64,000 nucleotides of DNA, from NCBI GenBank assembly GCA_051294375.1, contig CM119267.1, positions 13,153,081 to 13,217,080 of the forward strand. Reading direction: 5' to 3'. The stretch comes from Paraspadella gotoi. Its lineage: Eukaryota > Animalia > Chaetognatha. Below, in pieces: positions 11,618 through 31,647 of this stretch. Position 1 is the first letter of the stretch. Each line of letters begins with the position of its first letter. The translations under genes were made by a program, and so were the position numbers. The notes under the pieces were generated by a model that searched no databases, was not told the origin of the DNA, and saw only the letters and a list, made by a program, of their open reading frames with translations.

Positions 11618-13069
11618 TATTACTCGTCGGAAGAAAATTAAAATAAGAAAAAAAATAAAGGTAATAACGCGAGGAAATAGGAAAAAAGTTGTTAAAAGGA
11701 AAGTTGGAAGAAATGAAAGTTGGAAAAGAAAGGAACAGAAATAAAATAGTAGAAAAAAAAACACGAAGGAAAAAAAGAAGAGAGAATTGGAATTTGTTTG
11801 TTGTCGTTAGTCGCCCGCGGGTAGAAGAAGCGGAAGTGGGTGGGGAAACAGTCGAGAACTGTCGCCGACTGTCGAAACAGTTTTGCTTTTACGAAGATTA
11901 AAAAAAATTGTTTTAAGGATGAAGGAGGAAGTTGATAACTTCGTACACTTAAGAATCTAACATCATAAGTCAATTTGGTTGTAAAAGGACAAAAGACTTT
12001 TTTATATTATAAAAAATGTTACAATGTTACAATGAACAATTGTACATGACAGTACACTGTACAAGTGTACATATGTGTACATATGTGTAATTGTGTATAT
12101 CGCAAGNNNNNNNNNNNNNNNNNNNNNNNNNNNNNNNNNNNNNNNNNNNNNNNNNNNNNNNNNNNNNNNNNNNNNNNNNNNNNNNNNNNNNNNNNNNNNN
12201 NNNNNNNNNNNNNNNNNNNNNNNNNNNNNNNNNNNNNNNNNNNNNNNNNNNNNNNNNNNNNNNNNNNNNNNNNNNNNNNNNNNNNNNNNNNNNNNNNNNN
12301 NNNNNNNNNNNNNNNNNNNNNNNNNNNNNNNNNNNNNNNNNNNNNNNNNNNNNNNNNNNNNNNNNNNNNNNNNNNNNNNNNNNNNNNNNNNNNNNNNNNN
12401 NNNNNNNNNNNNNNNNNNNNNNNNNNNNNNNNNNNNNNNNNNNNNNNNNNNNNNNNNNNNNNNNNNNNNNNNNNNNNNNNNNNNNNNNNNNNNNNNNNNN
12501 NNNNNNNNNNNNNNNNNNNNNNNNNNNNNNNNNNNNNNNNNNNNNNNNNNNNNNNNNNNNNNNNNNNNNNNNNNNNNNNNNNNNNNNNNNNNNNNNNNNN
12601 NNNNNNNNNNNNNNNNNNNNNNNNNNNNNNNNNNNNNNNNNNNNNNNNNNNNNNNNNNNNNNNNNNNNNNNNNNNNNNNNNNNNNNNNNNNNNNNNNNNN
12701 NNNNNNNNNNNNNNNNNNNNNNNGGGAAGGAAGAGGAAGAGAGAGAGGGGGAGATGAGGGATGAGGGGCGGGGGGAGATATGAGAGCGGGGGGAGAGCGA
12801 TGAGATGACGAGAGTGAAGAGCGAGAGGAGAGAGAGAGAGAACAAGAGAGAGAAGAGGGGAAATAAGGGGGGAAGGAAGAGGGCTAAAATAAAATTTTTC
12901 CCTCAAAAAATTTTTTATTTCCAGACGAGGTTTAAACGATTATTGGAATCCCGAGCGAATCAAATTCGAACATCGAATTTTAATTAAAACGAAAAGATTT
13001 CGTTTCTCATTGAACGGTGCCGTGGGGATATGGAAAAAGAAAGAAATGGAGAAAGAAAGAAAGAAGAAA

Positions 13070-13153
<84 letters not shown>

Positions 13154-13479
13154 AAAAATAAAGAAAATTGATTACGGAATGATAAAATAAATAAATGAAT
13201 GAATGTATGAACGAATCAATGAATCAATGAATGAGTTCGAATGGGTTGGAAGGAGCTCGTGCTTCCTCCGGAGCCACTGGTGCTGCTGATTTTCGGACGA
13301 GTAGCAGGGTATGAAATACTACCGCTACAATGTATGCGGCGGCCATTTAAGGTTAAGGTGAAAACGCGAGTACTGTATGAATGAATGAGTAAATGAATGA
13401 ATGAATGAACGAATAAATAAATGAATGAATAAATGAATAAACGAATAAACAAATGAATGAATAAATGAANNNNNNNNNN

Positions 13480-13510
<31 letters not shown>

Positions 13511-13708
13511 GTAGAAAATTAATAAATATATATATAATTAATTAATTAATTTATAAATAAATAAAAAAAAAATAAAATAAAATAAAGTAAAATAAAATAA
13601 AATAAAATAAAATAAATAATGAACGAATGGAAGAAAATATAAAGAAAAAACATCCGTAACTAACACCTTTCTCCACGCCATCCCCATCTGTTTCCCGCCA
13701 TTTCTCAC

Positions 13709-14542
13709 CTTAATAGCGAACCGCATGGTGGTGCTTTCGTCGTCGTCAGCGAAAAGCGTCTTGTTCTCCCGATCGATCCTCCCAGCGACGATCATCCTCC
13801 TCGTCGCGTAATCGATGCGGAAAAAGTCTTGAAACGGAGTCGTCGTCGTCGTCGTCGTCGTCGTCGGTCCCAGAGCGGCCAGCGTCACGACGGCCGCGTC
13901 CGCGTCTTCCAACACTTCCGTCAAATTGAGCACGGGCGCCCCAAGCGGAAGTTCTTCCTCGACGTCGTGGATGACGAAGGTCAACGGGTATTTGGGGTTT
14001 AGATCACAGGGTTTGGAATAGGCGATGGGGAGGGAGAAGGAGAGGAAGAGGAGGAGGAAGAGGAAGAGAGGAACATGTGGAAGAGCGAAGGAGGGAAGGG
14101 AAGGGAACGTCCGAAGGCGGCGACGTTGACGAAGCGTTCGAGACGTCGTCTTCGAATTCGAGGCCGACTTTCGGAAAGACAAAACCGGAAGTTCCATCGG
14201 CGCCGTCTCGGGCGACGCTCGGAAAGACGGCGTCATTTCCCAAAACGTCGCCGGTAAATCGGAGATGATAGAGGCGCCCTCACTTTCGTCGTCGGCGGCG
14301 GAAAAAGTCGCAAGAGGTGAATGTTTTGCTGAGTCCCACGCTTCCTCGTTTATTCCGTCGTCGTCATCCCTATTTCTCGTTTCGGCGCCGCCAGTTATTC
14401 TCTCCGCCGTCGTCAATCGCCGCATTCTCTCCGCCCAATGACGCCGCGCCGCAAACACCCGGTCACGCGACGAACAAAAGGTCAAACGCAGCGTAAGAGG
14501 TCGCGAGACACTCAGGAGACGAGGGCTTCGTCGCGCGTCCAT
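13709..14542 (-). CDS. PCDH15: Protocadherin-15-like cadherin, first coding exon (N-terminal extension, signal-peptide-like segment, most of EC1)
   Basis: Open frame from ATG 14542. Hydrophobic segment FALPHVPLFLFLLLFLSFSLPIAYS is followed by KPCDLNP..TFVIHDVEEELPLG (N-terminal Cys, xEE motif) and FFRID..IVAGRIDRE (cadherin DRE motif). Ends AAG|gtgaga at 13709; 834 nt = 278 codons, phase 0, matching the next exon. The true start may be a downstream ATG (e.g. 14197). Confidence 0.85.
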
Positions 14543-14818
14543 TCGTGGGATACGTGACGGGTGGGCGTGGCGCCAGGTGGGCGTTGTTCCCGGTTTGGCG
14601 TGGTTTGGTTGTTGGTGTTTGAAGAAGCGATGATCGTTGTTGTTGTTATTGCCGTTGTTGTTGTTCTTGTTGTCAATTTTTCGTGCGATTCCTAATTACC
14701 GTCTGCTTTCTTTTTGTTGTCTATTTAGTTTCCATTTTAATCTCCCCTGTTGTAGTTGTAGTTGATTCAAGGGTCGCCGTTGAGGGCGAAACTGGAGGGA
14801 AAAAAGAGGGAAAGTTAG
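14543..14818 (-). other. Putative 5' UTR portion and splice acceptor of the first coding exon
   Basis: Minus strand reads ctctCTAACtttccctcttttttccctccAG|TTTCGCC: branch point, polypyrimidine tract and AG, so the exon would start at 14791. Contains a short uORF (ATG GAA ACT AAA TAG, ~14735-14721). Implies upstream non-coding exon(s). Confidence 0.5.
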
Positions 14819-15352
14819 AGAGGGACGGGGCGCTTAACCCGCCTGTAACACGGTGTTACAGCCTGATCCGAAGCTCAGGACTGTTATATTGAACGCGTTA
14901 TGTCATTAACACTTATCAATAATTACTGTCTCTTCATTGGTGAGCCCGACTTCCGAACACAACAGCAACAACAACACTTTCAGCGACATGCCTCAACTGG
15001 CGATGCACTTTCCGCCCACAACACATCAGGCGAATGCCTCAACTGGTGACTGAACTTTCCACAACAACAACATTCACTGAAGAGACGCAACAGACTTCTC
15101 CTACGGGAGGGGGGGATGTATGGTGGACTAAAAAAAATCCACCAACCGTTCATCAGCGGCCATTGGTGCTGGACGGCAAGACATTCGCCTCCCCAACCAA
15201 GGTCCGGGGATTTAGCCCGGTGGTCGCTGGCAGTTAAGAGGACGGGGCGCTTACCCGCCTGTAACACGGTGTTACAGCCGATCCGAAGCTCAGGGATCCT
15301 TAATTGAACGGCTTATGTCATTTAACACTTATCAATAATTACTGTCTCTTCA
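14816..15352 (+). mobile_element. Miniature non-autonomous LTR retrotransposon (TRIM-like, Gypsy-derived)
   Basis: Direct repeats 14816-14936 and ~15235-15352 both end TCTCTTCA. PBS TGGTGAGCCCGAC at 14938-14950 (12/13 match to tRNA-Trp PBS TGGTGACCCCGAC). PPT GGGAGGGGGGGA at 15105-15116 immediately before TG. 3' LTR 15117-15352 is TG...CA (236 bp); internal region 180 bp; candidate TSD AAGT at 14812-14815 and 15353-15356. Confidence 0.8.
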
Positions 15353-16261
15353 AAGTTATTTTTAGTTTGATATAAACAGTTTGGACGTCTACCTTTTTGT
15401 CAGTAAAAAAGTCGTCATTTTTTCATTATGTTTTACAGGAAACAAAAGCTTGACCCACTGCGTATTTTATCATATAAAATTTTAAATAGATACAAATAAA
15501 ACATATATTTTTTATTTGATTTTATTTTCAAGCTTCATCATTTTCTTTTTTATATAAAACATCTAATATCTCAATTTTGAGCAAAGTTTATTTTTAGAAT
15601 ATTTTGAAAAAAATATTCCCTTGGCTTAATCGTCATGCAGAATTTTAGTTTTGCACATAAAATAAGATAATAAAAAGATGAACATCAGATTGTTCAAAAT
15701 CGAATGCTTGAATTTTTGATTTTAATCTTAATCGTAAAATTTTGAACATAAAAAATATTTTTAAAAAAATGAATATTCTATCTTTTTCAATAATTAAAAA
15801 TTAATTAAGCGTATTAATCTTGTATAATAAGCAACCAAATTATCATGCATATTGGCAAAAGATTGCTCTTTCGGAAAATATTTTTGAACTATTCTAAATA
15901 AAAATTTTTTTACCAGTGGATCTGAAATATTGCTTAATTCTGTAGATTATAAAAATCTATTGTTAAAGCTCATTATGAACATCGTAAGGTAACCAAAAGC
16001 TCTTATATAATGCTACTACATTTTTTTAAAGCATTTTTCATGACTTTCTATCAGATTTCTTCTTTTTTATCCTTATTGCCCTTCTGTGGTAGTTGACACT
16101 CATGGAGACAGTACTAGTCTCCGAGTACCAAACAACAACTATACTAAAAGATTATGAATTTAATATGGCGACGAGTGAAGTAAAAATGATCATAAGTAGG
16201 ATGCAACCAAATTAAGCGTGATCTGACTCTGTGTCGTCAGCAGATCCGGCTAAAAAGAGGT

Positions 16262-24335
<8,074 letters not shown>

Positions 24336-25525
24336 CTCCTTTGCAAATCTCTATTACGAACCAAAACTCTCATTTCTCTTTTGTGTCTTTTCTTCCGACC
24401 TCGGAGCTCCATGGGTCATTAGGGACAGAGAGAAAGAGAGAGAGAGAGAGAGACAGAGAGAGAGAGAGACAGAGAGAGAGAGTAGAGTAGGAGAAACCGT
24501 GGAAAAGTTGGTGATAAGAGCGAAAACAGTTTCAGAAAACACTTAAGCGTTGGGCTAATGAAACTGTATGAAGGAACTCATGAAATTGGACGAATCTCAC
24601 TAGAAAAAAGAGAGATCTTGGGTAAAAAATTCATCATGTTATTGAAAGCAAAAAAAAATCTTTAAGAAGGATTAAATATAAAAGTAGAAGAAAAATTTTA
24701 ATAATAAAACATAAAACATTTTACTTGAATTTTAATTCAAAATAAAAGTGGCTTAAAATTCTTTTTACTATTGTTTTTTTCATAAAAAATCATATTTTTT
24801 TATTATAAAAAACCTCTAAATATTTTTCTTTCTTCAACTTCATGTTTTCTAAACTACATTTGAGGTCATAAAAATGTTTATATCTTTAAATAGATACAAC
24901 GCAAATCTCACAAAGACCAACCGTCCTCAAAAGTTCCATCGCTTAAAAACTTTTCCCACTTATTTCTGGCATTAATTTTCCATCAATCTTCGACTCTTCA
25001 ATTGTTTACATTTTCCTCTCATCTCAGATGGTATCTTTTATTAATTCTCTTCTTCCTCAGTTTACCTTTTGCCCGAGAATCGAGCTCCATTCGTATGTAG
25101 CCTCTGCCGCGCCCACCGGCGCCCGACCGCGACTGCTCGCCAAATCTGATCCTTCATTTTTTTTATTTTGTCATTCTCGCTCGTCCGGGCGCGGCGGTGC
25201 TTCGCTTCGCTTCCTTTCCGTTATTTCCGTTATTTCCTCCTGTCTCTACGACTTGTCTTTTTAATTTAGTTTCATTACTATATTATTCATTACTATATTG
25301 TCTTGTTTAACTATAATTCTCTCTCTTTTTTCTATTTCTTTCTATTTTTTTTCCACTTTCCTATTTCAACCTCTCCTCACTTTCAATTTCTCCTTTTTCC
25401 TCTCCTACTTCTTACAGCTTCATTATCCTTTTCATTCTCCCTTTTTTCTCTTTTTTCTGTCGCCATCTAACGCAGTCTCTCCCTCTATCGTTACCATCTC
25501 TCTCTCTCCCTTTTTTTCGCTCTTC

Positions 25526-25559
<34 letters not shown>

Positions 25560-26075
25560 NNNNNNNNNNNNNNNNNNNNNNNNNNNNNNNNNNNNNNNNN
25601 NNNNNNNNNNNNNNNNNNNNNNNNNNNNNNNNNNNNNNNNNNNNNNNNNNNNNNNNNNNNNNNNNNNNNNNNNNNNNNNNNNNNNNNNNNNNNNNNNNNN
25701 NNNNNNNNTCTCTCTCTTTTTTTCCGTTATACGATCTTTGTTGAAAAAACCTGGCCAATTTAATGTTAAAAAAACGTATTGAGTTTTAAAGCGATGAGGG
25801 GAAGATTTTAACATCCGAAATCTTTTCCCTCTTCAAATTGAGGATATAACTATTTTCCTTTATGATATTTTTAGTTGTATTCAACTAACATATAGTTTAG
25901 TATAATGGAATGGTACTTTTGAATGTTGGTTACGTTGTTCTTTAGTATCAGAAATTTTTTTTATTTTTGTAACACAAAACTAAACTAAAACTGTATACCT
26001 TGAATTTATTTTTTAAACATATTTTTTAAAGAAGAATTTTGTTTAATTGTTTCAGTAACGATTTATTTTTAGTAA

Positions 26076-26121
26076 TAACGGACATGTTTCGGCTTTTTAT
26101 TGCAAGCCTTCATCGGCGTTA
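26076..26121 (-). ncRNA. Minimal type I hammerhead ribozyme motif (variant core CCGAUGA)
   Basis: Minus strand UAACG-CCGAUGA-A-GGCUU-GCAAUAAA-AAGCC-GAAAC-AU-GUC-CGUUA: stem I UAACG/CGUUA, stem II GGCUU/AAGCC, GAAAC, palindromic ACAUGU mini-helix III, GUC cleavage triplet. Confidence 0.75.
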
Positions 26122-26307
26122 ACAGTTGTGAATTTAGAAACAAAATCATGTGCAAAAGTAAAGGAGAGACAGATTGAGAGAGATTGAGAGAGAGAGAAAG
26201 TTTTCCAACATAGAGGTGAGACAGGACAGTGGTCATTGGTGAGGACAGATTGAAGTTGGAGACAGGGTGAGTTTTTGAAAGGATGTGAAAATAGTCAAAG
26301 AGACCTG

Positions 26308-26502
26308 TCCGCTGTTGCTGAGCATTCAGCCAATACTGGCCATTCATTTAGAGAATCAAACTGTCTCGTGCTGTCCCATGACCAAAACTGGTTCTCAAGA
26401 GTTAATAGAGAGGCAATCTACATCAAAGCTCTGAAGCCCTCTTTGAACAGTGATGGAGAACGATTTGATCTCCCTACAAGCTATGATTCGCTTATAAAAA
26501 GC
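26308..26502 (+). pseudogene. Penelope GIY-YIG endonuclease C-terminal fragment
   Basis: SAVAEHSANTGHSF...VLSHDQNWFSRVNREAIYIKALKPSLNSDGERFDLPTSYDSLI fits the PLE endonuclease pattern SAxxxH...GH...R..EAIxI....PSLNxD.G..L...Y..L. Confidence 0.85.
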
Positions 26503-27222
26503 GTGGTGGAGACCCCGCCACCACCACGACTGCACAATGATTCCCCTGTCTCGAGACAGGCAACGAGACAGGCAGAGACCCTTAGGCAGGCAATGGGCAG
26601 ACGATGCCTCTCCCTTAAATGTAGCAACTCAGTCCCTCCCTCTGTGGAATGAGCGTCACCCAAAATGATGGCTACAGGAGGGAGAGGAGGTCACCACTCC
26701 TGTCGCAAAAGCGGCAAGAACGGACAGCCGACCGCCTCGCCAACAGGCGAGAAGAGGGCAGTCGGCAAGGCGTATCAGGCCAGAGAGACTTTTTTCCATT
26801 TTTCCACAAGGGACGTTATCTTATGCTGCATTCACCAGCTCGGTGAGTCTGTCATCTCAGCCAATGACACCCTCATGACCCGACCTCATTGAACAGGCCT
26901 TTCATTTGCAAAAGCCAAGGGGGGCCAGCTCATTTTGAGCTCTATCTTATTTCTTATACTTTAACTTTCTCTTTTACTTATTTATCCCTAACCACTGTAT
27001 CATTTCAAATTTCAAATTTCATTTTTCACAATTATAATCTGCACATTAATTTTTTAATTAATTTTATAAATAGTTAACTGTTAAAATATTCAATTAGTTT
27101 ACGAAGAAATTTTGCACAATGTATGAATTTACAAACCGATTTCTCTCTCTCTTTCATCTGGACCATTTTCACTTCCTTCCAAAAACTCATCCTATCTGTC
27201 CCCAACTTCAATCTGTCCTCAC

Positions 27223-27262
<40 letters not shown>

Positions 27263-27311
27263 CTCTCTCCTTAACTTTTGCACATGATTTTGTTTTCAAT
27301 TTCACAACTGT

Positions 27312-27389
27312 TAACGCCGATGAAGGCTTGCAATAAAAAGNNNNNNNNNNNNNNNNNNNNNNNNNTAAAAGAGCTGAACATGTCCGTTA
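27312..27389 (+). ncRNA. Second pLTR hammerhead copy, interrupted by a 25-N gap
   Basis: TAACGCCGATGAAGGCTTGCAATAAAAAG [N25] ...AACATGTCCGTTA; same motif, with sequence overlapping across the gap. Confidence 0.6.
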
Positions 27390-30300
27390 TAACTAAAATA
27401 AAATCGTTTACTGAAACCGTAACGAAAAAAAGGACATATCGCACATAACATATTTTTTGTTAAATATTTATTTTTAGAAATTCAATGGTGATATTTTAAA
27501 AAAAAATAATCTCTCTCTTTTTTATCATATCGCAATAACATATTTTTTTAAATATTTTTTTTTAAAAATTCAAGTGAATTTTTAAAAAAAATATTTTTCT
27601 CGTTTATCCTCTCCTTTTTTCCCTCCGCCTTTTAGGAAAAAAAAACCTTCAAAAAATATTATTCCCGGCGCTTCTCAGACATTTTAAATTCGTTTCGCTT
27701 TCTTACCCTCCTTTTTCCTTTTTTTCTTTTTTTTTCCTTTTTTCTTCCCGCCTCCGCTTCATATTTCACTTCATTTTTGGCATCATTGTTTTCCTGCTTC
27801 GCCTTCTAATAGTTCGCCTCCTCTGCATAATTTCTTTTCTTTTCTCATTCCGCCTCTCATTCATCCTCCATCTCTCTCCGTCTCTCTCTCTTTTTTCTTT
27901 CTTCCACTCTGTCTCTTAAAACGTACTTTCTCTCCATCTTCTTTTGTCATTCTTCGTCTGATATTTTCAAACAAATTTTAGACCTCGTACCTAGTAGTTT
28001 CCATTTTTTTTTTTCAACTGAAGTCCCGATATCTCACAGCTCTTTTCAATTAGACAAATTCTGGTCAATCGCTTAAAGCAGCCGTCGCAGCCACCCTTAG
28101 CCGCCGCCCCAGCCGCGGCAGATAGGCAAACCCCTTTCTCCAGCACCGCCTTCGCCACGTCTCTCTAATCTCAACAACAGCTCAGCCACGCCTTCCTCCA
28201 CTAATTCTTTCCTTCCCTCTTCTCCCTTTAAAATTTACTCTCAGGCTTAATCTCCTGTTTCTTCCTCCCTTTCCTCCTCCGCTCTCTCCCCAACTCCCCC
28301 TCCCCTCCACCTCCATCTCCCGGTGAAAAAACTCGGGTTCCGAAGTCGTGATGTTGCCCAAACATTTTAAGATAAATGAAGGCGGCGCCTCGAGACGACA
28401 ACCGCGCGATGGAGAAGGAANNNNNNNNNNNNNNNNNNNNNNNNNNNNNNNNNNNNNNNNNNNNNNNNNNNNNNNNNNNNNNNNNNNNNNNNNNNNNNNN
28501 NNNNNNNNNNNNNNNNNNNNNNNNNNNNNNNNNNNNNNNNNNNNNNNNNNNNNNNNNNNNNNNNNNNNNNNNNNNNNNNNNNNNNNNNNNNNNNNNNNNN
28601 NNNNNNNNNNNNNNNNNNNNNNNNNNNNNNNNNNNNNNNNNNNNNNNNNNNNNNNNNNNNNNNNNNNNNNNNNNNNNNNNNNNNNNNNNNNNNNNNNNNN
28701 NNNNNNNNNNNNNNNNNNNNNNNNNNNNNTTTTTTTCTCTCTCTCCTCCTTTGTTGAAGGAGAAAAAAGGAGAAAAGCTGTTAGCGCCGAGAGTCGAGAT
28801 GGTTTTTCTTCATTTTTTTTCTCTCTCTTTCTCTCTCTGTCTCTCTTTCTGTTCTATTTCATTCTTTTGTTCCGCAATATACATTTTCTCCTTCTCTACC
28901 AGTTTCTTTTCGGTCTATTTTATTCCATATTCTATCCTCTTTTTTCTAATTTGAATCGTAAAGCGCTCACTTTCACATCCCTGCCTCTCACTTTCCCTCT
29001 CTCTCTCTCTCTCTCTCTCTTTCCCGCGTTTTCCTATCCAATTCTAAAAGCACAAATCAAACGAGTCGGCCGGAGTTTTTCCCCGGAAAGGGCAGGTGTT
29101 CTTTCCCCTCGGGGTGTTTCTTTCTCGGAAGGGTCAGTGAGAAGGAGTGGAAAGGGTGAACGTGCTCAGGTGTGAATATAAGGCGTGATGGTTGTCGGGG
29201 ATTTTGAAAATGGTAAGTGCCAGAATGTAAATGGATTTTTTTATAAATAATTAATCAAATACTTTATCTTTCACTGCGATTTATTATTAATCAATCATAG
29301 AAGTCCCACCAATTCACACCTCTATCGCAAAACCGCTCCTAAGACCATTTTCCGATCACACTTTTTCCCCTAGAAAAAACCCTGAGTTTCACACACGTTC
29401 AATCAATCACATCCCCTTTTCAATCNNNNNNNNNNNNNNNNNNNNNNNNNNNNNNNNNNNNNNNNNNNNNNNNNNNNNNNNNNNNNNNNNNNNNNNNNNN
29501 NNNNNNNNNNNNNNNNNNNNNNNNNNNNNNNNNNNNNNNNNNNNNNNNNNNNNNNNNNNNNNNNNNNNNNNNNNNNNNNNNNNNNNNNNNNNNNNNNNNN
29601 NNNNNNNNNNNNNNNNNNNNNNNNNNNNNNNNNNNNNNNNNNNNNNNNNNNNNNNNNNNNNNNNNNNNNNNNNNNNNNNNNNNNNNNNNNNNNNNNNNNN
29701 NNNNNNNNNNNNNNNNNNNNNNNNNNNNNNNNNNNNNNNNNNNNNNNNNNNNNNNNNNTTTCTTTTCCAAGTCTCTCTTTGTCTTTCTTTTTTTGTAGGT
29801 TTTTGTTTGACTCTGTGAAATCGTCATTGTCAAATTCTTTCTCGATGGCTGAAAATAAATAANNNNNNNNNNNNNNNNNNNNNNNNNNNNNNNNNNNNNN
29901 NNNNNNNNNNNNNNNNNNNNNNNNNNNNNNNNNNNNNNNNNNNNNNNNNNNNNNNNNNNNNNNNNNNNNNNNNNNNNNNNNNNNNNNNNNNNNNNNNNNN
30001 NNNNNNNNNNNNNNNNNNNNNNNNNNNNNNNNNNNNNNNNNNNNNNNNNNNNNNNNNNNNNNNNNNNNNNNNNNNNNNNNNTTGTACGAATACGTCCTTG
30101 ACCTATATAATAGTATATACTCAGAAAGGTAAAAATAAATTGAAATAAAACTTATTTAATGAAAGAATTGGCTCTAGGTCGAGGTCCCATTTTAAAATCA
30201 CCAACCCCTTTTCTAAATTTANNNNNNNNNNNNNNNNNNNNNNNNNNNNNNNNNNNNNNNNNNNNNNNNNNNNNNNNNNNNNNNNNNNNNNNNNNNNNNN

Positions 30301-30717
30301 NNNNNNNNNNNNNNNNNNNNNNCTTTATTATATTATGCTTAAACCTTATTAAACACAATTTTGCACTATTAATTATTAACTGTTAAAAATGTTAATCTTA
30401 AACTGATTGCGCTCAGATAAAGAGAAATAAACTCTAACAAGATAATGCATCCTTAAAACCAAAGCTGAACAAATAAAGGAATCTTAAATATGAGCAGGTT
30501 AACTCTTTAAGTAATAAAATTTCAAAGTATTATTATTCATTAATTAGTTAATATATACTATAACTCATGTTAATCATTAACATTGCTAAAGACTTTATTT
30601 AGCTACAGGAAAAACCGTAAAACATAACTAATATTAAAATCAAAAATCCAATAAGACACATTTTAGAATTATATCCTGCAAATGATCTAAATAAGATTGA
30701 AAAATTCATCTATTTAA

Positions 30718-31647
30718 GATCATATTAAATAATCATCTCTTACAGTTGGACTTCTCTTTTTCTCTCTCTTTCTTTCTCTCATTTGTTTGTTTTATTTATA
30801 ATGAATGATTCATCGCATCAATGAATGATTATCATCACATCAATGAATGACTATTATCGCATTAATCATTTGGTTATCATCGTATTAATTATTAGTTATT
30901 GGTTATCATCACATCAATTTTTTGTCTTTTTTTTAATTTCTTTATTTTCTCCTCTCGTCTGGCGAGATCACTATTCTTTTAAGATTTTTTATCTCTACTC
31001 GCTTGCCTCATTCCACCATCTCTCTCTCATTCTCTCTCTCTCTCTCTCCGCCATCTCTCTCTCTCTCTGCTTTCTCTCTCTCTTATCTCTCCCTGACTCC
31101 CCGGGTTTTGAATACTCGAAGGATTTGGAACTAAACCGGAATCTTCATTCTTCTCGCGAGTTCTTCCCGGTATNNNNNNNNNNNNNNNNNNNNNNNNNGA
31201 TCATATTAAATAATCATCTCTTACGTTGATTCTTCTCTTTTCTCTCTCTTCTCTTCTCTCTCCATTTGTTTGTTTTATTTAAATGAATGATTCATCGCAT
31301 CAATGAATGATTATATCACATCAATGAATGACTATTATCGCATTAATCATTTGGTTATCATCGTATTAATTATTGAGTTATTGGTTATCATCACATCAAT
31401 TTTTTTTTTTTTAATTTCTTTATTTTCTCCTTCGTCTGCGAGATCACTATTCTTTTAAGATTTTTTATCTCTACTCGCTTGCCTCATTCCACCATCTCTC
31501 TCTCATTCTCTCTCTCTCTCTCCGCCATCTCTCTCTCTCTCTGCTTTTCTCTCTCTCTTATCTCTCCCTGACTCCCCGGGTTTTGAATACTCGAAGGATT
31601 TGAACTAAACCGGAATCTTCATTCTTCTCGCGAGTTCTTCCCGGTAT
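30718..31647. repeat. ~455-bp direct duplication flanking a 25-N gap (unmerged overlap)
   Basis: 30718-31173 is repeated at 31199-31647 with only indel-type differences. Confidence 0.9.

Larger units (their letters stand above)
26051..27416 (+). mobile_element. 5'-truncated Penelope-like retroelement with inverted pseudo-LTRs
   Basis: ~250-bp inverted repeat (26051-~26300 vs ~27160-27416) brackets a GIY-YIG endonuclease C-terminal remnant; each arm contains a hammerhead motif. Confidence 0.82.

Noticed and set aside
13538-13708. Hydrophobic C-terminal tail of the 334-aa ORF (looks like a TM helix)
   Set aside because: Intron read-through past the AAG|gtgaga donor into (TTTTA)n.
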